DNA of 64,000 nucleotides, from assembly GCF_004010195.1 (NCBI RefSeq), contig NC_057750.1, positions 9,272,163-9,336,162 of the forward strand, in the 5' to 3' direction. Shown piece by piece: positions 23,893 through 36,122 of this stretch (position 1 is the first letter of the stretch; every line of letters starts with the position of its first letter). Under the pieces are notes generated by a model that did no database searches, was not told the DNA's origin, and saw only the letters and a program-made list of their open reading frames with translations. The DNA comes from Chiloscyllium plagiosum. Lineage: Eukaryota. The position numbers were made by a program, and so were the translations under genes.

Positions 23893-26057
23893 CTACAATC
23901 TGGTGTTGTGTGACTCCTGGCTAATAAGACTGACCTTGTCGCACATATCATAAATACTCAGGTCCATGTTTTATGAAGGCAAAAGGAATTTTGTACACAC
24001 TTTCTTTAAAAGAAACAGAATTCATGGAGACTGCTGCATCCCCATGGCAACACCCCAACCAATCAGAATCTAGCTGACGCTTCTGATGGCAATGTTCCCA
24101 TTTATCCTTCTAGCAACAACGTGCTGCTTGACCAAGCCGTTACAGGAACAGATTAAAGACGGGGAGGGTGTGATTGCAGGCAAGGAAAGAGAATCATTGA
24201 GGCAAGGGGAGGGGAGAGGCTAAAGATTCAAATAAAGAGTTTAAAAAAAAAACAGTTCAGGCTTCAAACCTTCAATGCTCATGGTCTCTCAATCCATCAG
24301 TACCCTCCAGAATTTGGGACCAGGTCTACTCTGAATAGGAGTTTACAGGCTGAATGATTTCCAACACGGCTAGTTCTGTGATCACATGACACTTGGACCA
24401 GGATTGCTGAAAGAAAGCAATTTACTGCACATGACAAGGACACTTACTGTCGCATCTACTTATTTACGTCGCTGTGCAGGCTGCTGCTTGAGGGTGCTTC
24501 ATGAATACAAGGGTTTACTCGACACAATGTGGTGATTGAGTCGGCTGAGGGGATCAGTGCACCAAAGTGAGCGGGACTCCATAAAGACTGGCATTTATAT
24601 GGCGCCTCTGACGTTCAGTCGCAATTCACAGCAGTGTTACCGAATCCAGCTTGACAGTCAGTCACTTAAAGAAAGTCGAGCCTTGTGACGGAACGTGCAG
24701 TCGCAGTTAAATTAGCCACAATGTCCTTTCCCAATGCCTGGCCACTGTGGTCCTCACCCAGTTCCATTCTTAATCTGACTGCTGGCAGGTGGGACTAGAT
24801 TGGGTTGACATGGACGGGTTGGACCGAAGGGTCTGCTTCCGTGCTGTACATCTCTATGACTCTATGACTGCAACCAAAGACTCAGTTGCATTGGCTTCTC
24901 TTCCTGTTCCCAACTGTTGCAAATGATGACACCTCCCCCCACCAACCCCCACCCCACTGCTTTCCCAAGAACCAACCCATTACCCCCTCACCTTCCCCAC
25001 CCCATTTCTCATCTATAGCCTTCCCCAATAGACATCATGCAAAGACATGGAGCTAACTTCCACTTGTACACCATGAACAGCCAGTTCCTCCTCACCACCA
25101 ACTCTCTCGCCTCTTCCACCCTTGTTAATTTGTCGGGCTGCTATCTGACACTCAGTGCCACATGAGTAGACATTTCCTCCAATTAGATATTGGGAAGCCA
25201 TCACTTTCAGTTCCCAAACTCCCAACAGCTTTCTGTCTCCCTGGCAACGTTCCGAGACTGAGCCACACTGGTTTCCAACCTCACATGACCCCGAGACATG
25301 GACTTGCGACCTCTTCCTCACAGAGGCCACCCATCTCCACTTGTGTGCCTCAGCTCAGCCGCTGCTGAAGCCCTCACTCTGTGACCTCCAGACTCAACTA
25401 TTCCTGTGTTCTCCTGAGGACTCTGATCCCCAGCATCTGCAGTCCACCTTCTCCACATTGCACCCTCTGTTAACATCACCTTGTCCAGAATGCTGAGGTT
25501 TCTTGATAAGTCTTGTTCCTCAATTGCCCCCCTGTCACTCACTGGTCGGGTCCCACGCAAGAAAGGTCTCGATTTTAAAACGCTCATCCCTGTTTTCAAA
25601 TCTTTCCTCTCTATCTCTGTGTTCCCCTCCATCCTTTGGGATTCCTGCCCTCTCTGTATTGCACCTTCATGATCACTCCTGACTTTAATCGCTCCTCTGT
25701 TCTGAAGAAGGGTCACTGGTGCCAAGATGTTAACTCCACTTTCTCTCCAAAGATGTTGCCAGACCTGCTGAGTTTCTCTAGCAATCACTGTGTTTTTTCA
25801 TTCTCTCCACGATTGATGGCCTGGAGACAGGACTCTGGAATATATCCCTAAACCTCTCCATCTGTCATACTGTTCTGTTGTTCCAGTGTGACTTTGGAGT
25901 GATGATGCTGTGCAGATGAATCCGTGAGCACTATAGTACTCACTACCACATGACAGCCCACGCACCAAAGTATTAATGCATCATTCTGCCAGATTGGGTT
26001 TGTTTCCACCACCACCACCCCTCCCCCCCCCCCCTCCTTGCAAATTGGTTCAAAGAG

Positions 26058-26320
26058 TGACACAATGGCTCAGTGGTTAGCACTGCTGCCTCACAGCGCC
26101 AGGGACCCAGGTTCGATTCCACTCTCGGGTGACCAACTGTGTGGAGTTTGCATGTTCTCCCCATATCTGCGTGGGTTTCCCCCCACAGTCCAAAGAGGTG
26201 CAGGTTAGGGTGGATTGGCTATGGGAAATATAGGGCTAAAGGGAAGGGGGCTTGGTTTTAGTCTTTTGGAGGGTTGGTAAGGGCCAATTGGTCTGTTCCC
26301 ACACTGTGGGAATGCTGTTA
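26058..26320 (+). mobile_element. HE1-like SINE
   Basis: Head and V-domain. Confidence 0.85.
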
Positions 26321-27039
26321 TACTTGAGATTTATGCCCATTGTCAGTTCCTGTGTCTATGTAAAGTGTAGTGATTAGTTCAAACAGCTTAGGAAGGCAAG
26401 GCATAACCAAAGCTCAGTTCCCCGCTTTAAGAAATTGCTCCCTCTGAATGTTTTCAGGAAGACCAGTTCAGTGGACAGCAGGGCAGAGCATTTGACTACA
26501 GATCAAGTGGTTTCCAGTTGAAATCTGGGTGCCCCCTTTAGACAGGGACCTTGAGCTGCGTTTCAATGTGCTTAAATCTGATTGGGTGCACAGCAGGTGG
26601 GACGTTTTGGTGCGTGTATGGAATGAGTTGCTAGAGGAAGTGGTGGAGGCTGGTACAATTGCAACATTTAAAAGGCATCTGGATGGGTACACGAATAGGA
26701 AGGGTTTAGAGGGATATGGGCCAAGTGCTGGCATATAGGACGAGATTAATTTCGGATATCGGTCAGTAAGGACAAGTTGGACCAAAGGGTCTGTTTCTGT
26801 GCTGTCCACCTCCATAACCTAGATATAAGGAACAGGGGACTGGGTTAGATAATCAGGCATGATCATATTGAATGGGTGTGCAGATTCAAAAGGCCAAATG
26901 GCCTGCACTTGCTCCCATTTCCCATGTTTCTATGCTTGCTTGACCGAACCTTTGGTCATCTCCCCTAATATGACAGTGATGTGGTTGACTCTTATATACC
27001 GTCTGGGCAATTGAGGATGGGGCAATAAGTCTGTATTTG

Positions 27040-28272
27040 AAATGGCCTTTGGAGTTGAAGCTGCTCGATACAGCTCTCTCTCTGTTGCTAGATTCCTTCT
27101 GCTTATGGTCCTTCTCCTGGAGAGAGCAAGTGATGGAAATCTGTTTTACTGAATTTGCCTTTGCCAAGGGTGTGTTTATGGGATGCTGCTATATTGGAAC
27201 TTTTACTGAGTAGTAGATAAAATATGTATTACCTTGTTAAGTATTTCGATAGACTTAAAGTTATGTCAATTCCTCTCATTTTTGTTTATATTTTAACTGC
27301 GGTGTAAGAATAATGTTTTGATTAAAGCCCGGTTTGACCAATCAAATTACATCTGGAACACAACAGGTTACAGTAGCCTTGAACGAAGATAAAAGTTAGG
27401 GTCTAGGCTATCTCCTTGATATCTTTTAAGGGGCCAACATCTCTGTCTCAGGCTTGCTGCAGTGCTCCAGTGAAGCTCAGTGCAAGCTGAAAGAACACAC
27501 CCCGTTTTCCGCCTGGGGACCCGGCAACCTTTTGGACTCAACATCGAGTTCAACAACGTTAGGGCCTGAGGAACCTTCTCCCACGTCCTTACCCCAAACC
27601 CCAAAACACCAGGCCATGTTATCACAGACTGCTATTACACACCACTAGATTAGATTCCTTACAGCGTGGAGACAGGCCCTTCGGCCCAACCAGTCCACAC
27701 TGACCCTCCGAAGAGTAACCCACCCAGACCCATTGCCCTCTGACTAATGCACCGAACACTATGAGCAAATCAGCATGGCCAATTCACCCTGACCTGCACA
27801 TCTTTGGACTGTGGGAGGAAACAGAGCACCCGGAGGAAACCCCGCACAGACATGGGGAGAACGTGCAAACTCCACACAGTCAGTTGCCCGAGGCTGGAAT
27901 CGAACCTGGGACCCTGGTGCTGTGAGGCAGCAGTGCTAACCACTGAGCCACCGTGCCACCCCTGTCCCCATTATTAACCATTCATTCTCTCAGTCTGATC
28001 ATTATCCACTCCCATGTCTGTGCAATGGTTCTTCTCTCACTTTGAGCTCCGTCCCCACCTACTGTTTACTCCTTACCCTCTCTCCCCCCCCTCCCCCCCA
28101 CCCTATCTTCTGCATAAAAAACAGCATTTTCTGAGCTACCATCAGTTTTGAGGAAAGGTCACTGGACCCAAAACGTTAACTCTGACTTCTCTCCACAGAT
28201 GCTGCCAAACCTGTTGAGCTTTTCCAGCAATTTCTGTTTCTGCTTTGAGGGGTCTTGATCTGATCCATAACA
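27040..28272 (+). mobile_element. Probable LTR remnant split by a PLE insertion
   Basis: ..ATATCTTTTAAGGGG | insert | CTTTGAGGGGTCTTGATCTGATCCATAACA. Ends in ACA. LTR identity by resemblance only. Confidence 0.45.
27434..28243 (+). mobile_element. Penelope-like element 3' end (family C) containing an HE1 SINE (27647-27960, minus)
   Basis: ISVSGLLQCSSEAQCKLKEH..FRLGTRQPFGLNIEFNN. Decayed hammerhead AGTT-TTGAGGA-AAGGTC-ACTG-GACCC-AAAA-CG-TT-AACT at 28144-28181. Confidence 0.8.
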
Positions 28273-29296
28273 CTACTCACTGAGCTACATCAACTGGGGC
28301 AGACAGGAATGCCATTATTGCTCTCAGGATGGGCCAGTACCTCTTTTCTCATTACCACTTTACCAAATGTTCACATCCTCCCCCCCGTGTCTGTGCGGGG
28401 TTTCCTCCGGGTGCTCCGTTTCCCTCCCACAGTCCAAAGATATGCAGGTTAGGGTGGGTTGGTCATGGGAAATTGCTCATGGTGTCCAGGGATGTGTGGT
28501 TAGATGGATTGGCCCTGGGAAATGCAGGGCTTTCAGGATAGAGTAGGGGGTAAATCTGGGTAGGATGCTCTTCAGAGAGCCGTTGGGCCTGTTTACAAAC
28601 TGTGGGCATTCAATTCCATAAGACTGAGGAAGGAAGATAGTGATTATAAACTCTGATGCCTAGCAAGCTTTCTCATAAATCGAAGATGGAAATATTTGGG
28701 GAGGAAGGGGTTAACAGGAGATTCTGGAAACATGATTGACATTTCCTTAAGAATGAGGTCAGGTTTTGTTTTGGATATCAGCTCCCTGCAGCATCCCGTC
28801 CTCGGAGCACTATCTCTGTGAGGAGATAGAAAGACCTTTCTACACAGTAGTGACTGTCTCACACACACAGAAAACATGGGTGACCATTAATTTAGACCTT
28901 ATCAGCCCACAAAAGCCTGTGTAAACAAATCTTTGGAGTTTGAAGTCTCAAGGCTAGATAAGATCAGACACTGCTGGGATGGCCTTATCACTTTTCAAAG
29001 CAACTCCTGCATTTGCTCTTCAAGTTCGCTGCTTACCAGAATCCCAAGCCTAGCCTCTCCCAAAGGCCTACATGCAGCACCTGCCTCCTAAATATAGCTC
29101 TGAGCGGACAATGGGATGCAGGGCTGATGCTATTGTACACGTCTGAGCTGAGGAGGGAGCCATTGAGACCACAGCAGGAGGAAATTGCTGTTTATCGCTG
29201 TCGAGTGACTGGTGTTTTGCGATTGGTCACTAGGCCAAGGCCTCTCTTCCCAGAATCTGCAGCCACACAGACCGACAAACGTCCTCTTCCCCCAGA

Positions 29297-29615
29297 GGGT
29301 GGCTCGATGGCTTGAGTGGTTAGCACTGCTGCCTCACAGTGCCAGGGACCCAGGTTCGATTCCACCCTTGGGCAACGGTCTGTGTGGAGTTTGCATGTTC
29401 TCCCTGTGTCTGCGTGAGTCTCCTCTCACAGTCCAAAGGTGCGCTGGTTAGGATGGATTGCCCATAGTGTTCTAGGATATGCAGGCTAGATGGGTTAGCC
29501 ATGGGAAATGTAGAGTTCCAGGGATAGGGTTGGGGGTTCGTGGTGGCGAGTCTGGGTGGGATGCGTTTTGGAGGGTTGTTGCAGACTGACTGGCCAGCTT
29601 CCACACTGTAGGGAC
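29297..29615 (+). mobile_element. HE1-like SINE
   Basis: Head, V-domain and tail. Another partial copy near 28365-28615. Confidence 0.85.
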
Positions 29616-29710
29616 ATATGATGATATCAAGTCAGTGAGGAATATCACCAACTCCCCAACATCCCTCAAAATTATAGATCTCTCTGTGCTGTGGGGACTT
29701 AAGGTGAATA

Positions 29711-29921
29711 CAATTGGTTCTGAAAAAACCTGGTAGTTCTGTTCTCGTGCAAACTCATGTTGTAAGAAAATCGCGCAATAGCCACACCATTTAAATGAAT
29801 GGGGCTGCAATCGCGATATAGGGAAGGGTAAGGGAAGTTTGCGTTCGACAAATAACGGTCTAAATTCTTCAAATGCGTTAAAACCAATTTGAAGAAACAT
29901 GCGTTATAGCGGAACCGACTG
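29711..29921. mobile_element. Tc1/mariner (pogo/Tigger-type) MITE
   Basis: Imperfect TIRs CAATTGGTTCTG / CGGAACCGACTG, left flank TA, internal palindrome AATCGCG..CCATT..AATGG..ATCGCGAT. Confidence 0.6.
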
Positions 29922-29947
29922 TTTTAGTTTCTGAGACAATGATGGTA

Positions 29948-30520
29948 ATAGAGTCATAGAGACGTACAGCACGGAAACAGACCCTTCGGTCCAAATCGTC
30001 CATGCTGACCAGATATCCAAAATTAATCTAGTCCCATTTGCCAGCACTTGGCCCATATTCCTCCAAACCCTTCCTATTTATATACCCATCCAGATACCTT
30101 TTAAATGTTGTAATTGTACCAGCCTCCACCACTTCCTCTGGCAGCTCATGCCATACACACACCACCCTCTGTGTGAAAAAGTGGCCACTTAGGTCTCTTT
30201 TGTATCTTTCCCTTCTCACCTTAAACCTATGTCCTCTAGTTCTGGACACCCCCAACCCCGGGGAAAAGACCTTATCCATTTACCCTATCCATGCCCCTCA
30301 TGATTTTATAAACCTCTATAAGGTCGCCTCTCAGCCTCCGACACTCCAGGGAAAATAGCCCCAACTTGTTCAGCCTCTCCCTGTAGCTCAAATCCTCCAA
30401 CCCTGGCAACATCCTCGTAAATCTTTTCTGAACCCTTTCAAGTTTAACAACAACTTTCCGATAGCAGAGTGACCAGAATTGAGTGCAATATTCCAAAAGT
30501 GGTCTAACCTCATCCAACAT
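29948..30520 (-). mobile_element. Young CR1/HER1 3' fragment
   Basis: VRPLLEYCTQFWS..KLERVQKRFTRMLPGL..WHELPEEVV and tail. Confidence 0.92.
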
Positions 30521-30872
30521 GGTGAGACACAGTAAGGTCAAAAAATGATATAACATACATAGAATGCTTTAGTTTTTCTTGCATCCCTAATATGAAAATG
30601 TCTCTGCTTTTGTTTCTGGTCTCAAATAATAATTTACTTGTGATATTTAAGATAATTCAACAAAAGTTTTGAAGAAAAAATATCTAGTAGGGAAAGGGCA
30701 GTAAACTTTTCATCAATCCCAATATTTCCTGATCAAACTGTTGAGAGATTTTATGACACATTTCTGAAGCAGGCCTCTCAGCTCAGAGGCGGGGATGTTA
30801 CCACTGAACCCAAGCCTCTCAGCTCAGAGGTGGGTACACTACCACTGTGCTGCAAGAACCCAATGTGTGCCA

Positions 30873-32852
30873 GCTTTTAGTTCCTGACCTTAAATCACAC
30901 CAGTCCCTGTGGTGGGGTTTGAACCCATTGCACCCCCATTTCGATTACTCGTGTAATGGTCATTGTCTCACCCTTCATAAAGTTGCAAGAAGAAAGGAAG
31001 CAATTTCAAACCAACTATGACAGCGCATCATATAAAGAGATGGGAGCTCAAATAACCAATGGTTTGGTGAAAGAGGTCATTTTTAAGGAAGTCCTTAACA
31101 GGGTAAAGTGAGGTGAAGAGGCGGAACAGGGAATACCAGAGTTTGGGGCCTAGGCAGCTGAAGACACGGACAGAGTATTTAAATGGAGTACGTTCAAATG
31201 GTTTAAGCAGCTCACCAACACTTGCTCAAGGGCAACGAGGGACGGGCAACGAACGCTGGGCTAGCCAGTGAAACCCATGAGGAAATTTAAGTAAAAGGGA
31301 CACTGTCCAGGTCAGGGGTCAGAGATGCTGTGCTCAGGCCAGGGGTCAGGGACACTTCAGGTCAGGGGTCAGGGACACTGAGATCAGGTCAGGGCTCAGG
31401 GGCACTTCAGGTCAGGTCAGGGATCAGGAACACTTCAGGTGAGGGGTCAGGAACACTGAGCTCAGGTCAGGGGTCAGGGACACTTCAGGTCAGAGGTCAG
31501 GGACACTTCAGGTAAGGGGTCAGGGACACTGAGATCAGGTCAGGGGTCAGGGACACCAGGTCAGGTCAGGGGTTAAGGACACTGTTCAGGTCAGGGGTCA
31601 GGAACGCTTCAGGTGAGGGGTCAGGGACACTGAGCTCAAGTCAGGGACACTATGCTTGGGTCAGGGGTCAGGGACACTGTGCTCGGGTCAGGGGTCAGGG
31701 ACATTTCAGGTCAGGGACACTGCTCAGGTCAGGGGTCAGGAACACTTCAGGTGAGGGGTCAGGGACACTGAGCTCAGGTCAGGGACACTATGCTTGGGTC
31801 AGGGGTCAGGGACACTGTGCTCGGGTTAGGGGTCAGGGACATTTCAGGTCAGGGACAGTGTTCAGGTTAGGGGTCAGGGACACTGAGCTCAGATCAGGTC
31901 AGGGATGCAGTGTTCAGGTCAGGGGTCAGGGACACTGTGCTTGGGTCAGGGGTCAGGAACATCCGAACTCAGGTCAGGGGTCAGGAGGGATCTGAGTGAG
32001 GAGCTGCATGTGGGCACGTGATTTCTATCTCTGACCCTGATCAGGTCACCTTGGACACTTCCTGACCATCCAACATTTAAGAAATATTTGGCCTTTCAAC
32101 CTGCTCCAGAGGTATGTATTAACACAGATTAGTTAGGAAAATAGGTTAAATAAAACAAAAAATAAATAAGCAGACCCATGGGCCCACTTGTGGTACGATG
32201 GTAGTGTCCCAACCCTTGAACCAGGAGGCTTGGGTTCAAGTCCCACTTGCTCCAGAGCTGTGTAATAACATCTCTGAATGGGTATTTTTAAGAAAGAATA
32301 ACACAAACACATGAGTGACCCCCTTACCCTAGGAATGGGTCCGGTGACATTTTGTTTTACTTACCACAGGACAAGAGCTTCCCTGACCTGAGCACAGCAT
32401 CTCTGACCCCTGACCTGAACAGTGTCCCTTTTACTTAAATTTCCTCATGGGTTTCACTGGCTAGCCCAGCGTTCGTTGCCCGTCCCTCGTTGCCCTTGAG
32501 CAAGTGTTGGTGAGCTGCTTAAACCATTTGAACGTACTCCATTTAAATACTCTGTCCGTGTCTTCAGCTGCCTAGGCCCCAAACTCTGGTATTCCCTGTT
32601 CCGCCTCTTCACCTCACTTTACCCTGTTAAGGACTTCCTTAAAAATGACCTCTTTCACCAAACCATTGGTTATTTGAGCTCCCATCTCTTTATATGATGC
32701 GCTGTCATAGTTGGTTTGAAATTGCTTCCTTTCTTCTTGCAACTTTATGAAGGGTGAGACAATGACCATTACACGAGTAATCGAAATGGGGGTGCAATGG
32801 GTTCAAACCCCACCACAGGGACTGGTGTGATTTAAGGTCAGGAACTAAAAGC
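30873..32852. repeat. 472-bp near-perfect inverted repeat (30873-31344 / 32381-32852)
   Basis: Manual base comparison found only two mismatches, both near the inner end. Confidence 0.92.
31297..31986 (+). repeat. G-rich minisatellite, 23-27 bp unit CAGGTCAGGGGTCAGGGACACT(GAGCT)
   Basis: Tandem units with a 138-bp higher-order duplication (about 31580-31717 / 31718-31856). Inverted array at about 32950-33140. Confidence 0.95.
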
Positions 32853-33204
32853 CCCATTTCAAGGCTTAAAATTTGTGACCCTACCCCCCCACCGAATCCA
32901 GTTAGAACTGGGGGCTGGTGCAGTGCTTGGGTCAGGGATCAGGGACACCGGCCCAAGCACTGCATCCCTGACCCCTGACCTGAGCACAGTGTCCCTGACC
33001 CTTGACCCAAACACTGTCTCCCTGACCCCTGACCTGAGCTATGTCTCTGACCCCTGACCTGAGTTGTGTCCCTGACCCCTGGCCCGAACTCAGTGTCCCT
33101 GACCCAAACACTGCATCCCTGACCCCTGACCTGAGCTGTTCGAACAGGAGCATAGCTGTCGTAACTCGCTCTGAACCCCCCCACAGACAACCATAAGAAA
33201 CAGG

Positions 33205-34062
33205 CCCCTTGGGCCTCCTGGTTCAGGGATAGGGACACTACTACTGCACCACAAGAAGGCCCCCATGGGTCTGCTTAATTTTTTTTGCTTTTTTTTTGTT
33301 GTTGTTGTTGTGTTCACTTAGGACAGTCAATACTGCTTAAGGCCATCAGCAATGGAAGAGTAGGAGGCCATTCAGCCCCTCTGTCCTCAGGGATAGAGAC
33401 ACTACCACTGCACCACAAGAGAACCCTGTGGGTCTTTTTTTTTTGGCTTGTTTGTTGTTCTTGCATTCATTTACAACAGTCAGTGCCGCATAAGAAATAG
33501 GACGAGGAGGAGGCCATTCAGCCCCCTGAGTCTGCTCTGCCATTCAATACAATCTACTTGCAATTAATAGAAACTTGCAGAAAATTCACTGCCCTTTCCC
33601 CACCAAGTAATAAAAAAAACGTATGAATTTTGTCTTAAATATCACAAGTGAATTATTAATTAATGCCAGAAAAGAAACCAGACATTTTCATATTATAAAT
33701 ATGAGAGAAATTGAAATATTCTAATCTGTTATAATATAATTACAATAATCTTTTCAGAAACTAATAAAAATCTCGAATCTCTATTAATCAAAGAAAATGA
33801 ACGCGAGGTGCAAACTTTGCTTGTTTCTTGTTGTTGTGTTCACTCATGACAGTCAGTGCTGCATAAGACCAGAAGAAATAGGAACAGGAGGCCATTCAGC
33901 CCCTCGGGTCTCCTAGTTCAGGGACTGCACCATAAGAGGGCCCCCTGAGGTCTGCTTAATTTTTTTGTTTGCTCGTTTGTTGTTGTTGCATTCACTTACA
34001 ACAGTCAGTGCCGCGTAGGAAATAGTAACAGGAGAAGGCCATTCATCCCCTCGAGCCTGCAT
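33205..34062 (+). repeat. Four diverged copies of a roughly 160-bp composite unit
   Basis: CTGCACCACAAGA..GGGTCT..TTGTTGTTG..CAGTCAGTGC..GGAGGCCATTCAGCCCC recurs, ending near 33380, 33527, 33904 and 34051. Confidence 0.75.
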
Positions 34063-34345
34063 GAGATAGGATCGCGGCTGATCTGACATCCCTCACGTCC
34101 ACTTTCCTGCCCTTTCCCCTAAACCTTGATTCCCCGACTGATCGCGTCTCGATCTCGGCCTCATGTGCACACAAAGACTCCACTTTGGATCTCACCCCCC
34201 CCAACATTTGGCCTCCTGACCTCGCATGGGGGTCCCACCAGCCCCGTTTTGGGGAAGAGCCCTGCTTGAGGGGAAACGTGCATCAAAATAAGCGAGGAGT
34301 GGGGGGTGGGGGGGGGGGGGGGGGGGGTGGCCTCAACTCAAACGG

Positions 34346-34874
34346 NNNNNNNNNNNNNNNNNNNNNNNNNNNNNNNNNNNNNNNNNNNNNNNNNNNNNNN
34401 NNNNNNNNNNNNNNNNNNNNNNNNNNNNNNNNNNNNNNNNNNNNNNNNNNNNNNNNNNNNNNNNNNNNNNNNNNNNNNNNNNNNNNNNNNNNNNNNNNNN
34501 NNNNNNNNNNNNNNNNNNNNNNNNNNNNNNNNNNNNNNNNNNNNNNNNNNNNNNNNNNNNNNNNNNNNNNNNNNNNNNNNNNNNNNNNNNNNNNNNNNNN
34601 NNNNNNNNNNNNNNNNNNNNNNNNNNNNNNNNNNNNNNNNNNNNNNNNNNNNNNNNNNNNNNNNNNNNNNNNNNNNNNNNNNNNNNNNNNNNNNNNNNNN
34701 NNNNNNNNNNNNNNNNNNNNNNNNNNNNNNNNNNNNNNNNNNNNNNNNNNNNNNNNNNNNNNNNNNNNNNNNNNNNNNNNNNNNNNNNNNNNNNNNNNNN
34801 NNNNNNNNNNNNNNNNNNNNNNNNNNNNNNNNNNNNNNNNNNNNNNNNNNNNNNNNNNNNNNNNNNNNNNNNNN
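34346..34874. other. Assembly gap (529 N)
   Basis: Run of N. Confidence 1.
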
Positions 34875-35345
34875 ACCTAACACTACGGGCAATTTAGCAT
34901 GGCCAATTCACCTAACCTGAACATCTTTGGACTGTGGGAGGAAACCGGAGCACCCGGAGGAAATCCACGCAGACACGGGGAGAACGTGCAAACTCCACAC
35001 TGTCAGTCGCCTGAGGCGGGAATTGAACCCGGGTCTCTGGCGCTGTGAGGCAGCAGTGCTAACCACTGTGCCACCGTGCCGCCCACAAGTTTAAGGGAGA
35101 TATGAGTGGAAAGTTCTTTATGCAGAGGGTAGTGGGTGCCTGGAACACGTTGCCAGCGGAGGTGGTAGAGGTGGGCACGATAGCGCCATTTAAGATGTAG
35201 CTAGACAGATACAGGAAGGGGCAGGGAGCAGAGGGATACAGATCCTTAAGAAATAGGCGACAAGTTTAGAGAGAGGATCTGGATCAGCACAGGCTTGGAG
35301 GGCAGAAGGGCCTGTTCCTGTGCTGTAATTTTCTTTGTTCTTTGT
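34875..35345. mobile_element. Young HE1 SINE (minus, cut by the gap) abutting a CR1 3' end (plus)
   Basis: SINE head ends near 35087, followed by a CR1 tail ending TTCTTTGTTCTTTG. Confidence 0.85.
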
Positions 35346-36122
35346 TCTACGGGCAATACAGAGGGACGCTGCTGTTGGGAGACATGGTACAGCTACCTTC
35401 TGCACTTTGCTTTCACTGCAGTGCCTGGTGTGCTAGGAATTTGCCACAGCACAGGTTTTCACTGAGAAGAAGCGCTGAAATCTCATGGCCTGGGGGGAGG
35501 CCATTTGGCCCATCATGTGCACACCATCTCTCCAAATTCTCCTGTACTGTTTTCACCAAACCCTTGCAAATTGTTCCTTTTTTTTCAAAATTCATTCACA
35601 GATAGCTAGACGAGCATTTATTGCCCATCCCTGAGGGCAGTTAAGAGTCTACCACACTGCCGTGAGTCACATGTTGGCCAGACCGGGTAAGGATGGCAGA
35701 TTTCCTTCCCTAAAGGACATTGGTGAATGAGATGGGTTTTTCCGACAATGGATTCCCTCTTAACTTCTGATTTTTAATTGAATTCAAATTCCACCCTGAC
35801 AGCGTTTAAACCCAAGTCCCCCAGAACATTATCTGGATCCAATCCAGCGATAATACCACTAGGCCATTGCTTCCCCATTAGGTTTCTCTTTTAATAGTCC
35901 CTAGTTGCCCCTTCAGAAGGTGGGGGTGAGCTGCCTTCTTGAACTGCTGCAGTCTGTGTGCTTTAGGTTGACCCACAACGCCTTTAGGGAGGGAATTGCA
36001 GGATTTTGGCCCAGCGACACTGAAGGGACGGCGATATATTTCCAGGATGGTGAGTGGCTCAGAGGGGAACTTGCAGGGGGTGGGGTTGCCATGTATCAGC
36101 TGCCCTTGTCCTTCTAGATTGA

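Noticed and set aside
24449..24545. Minus-strand exon with CCCCTCAG acceptor and GTAAGT donor
   Set aside because: Stops in all three frames and no partner exons. At most non-coding.
31297..31986. Immunoglobulin switch region or true telomere array
   Set aside because: No Ig exons nearby, AGCT is sparse, and there are no tandem TTAGGG runs.
34185..34920. Long ORFs across the first gap (also 40124-41306)
   Set aside because: Artefacts of N runs and TG microsatellite.
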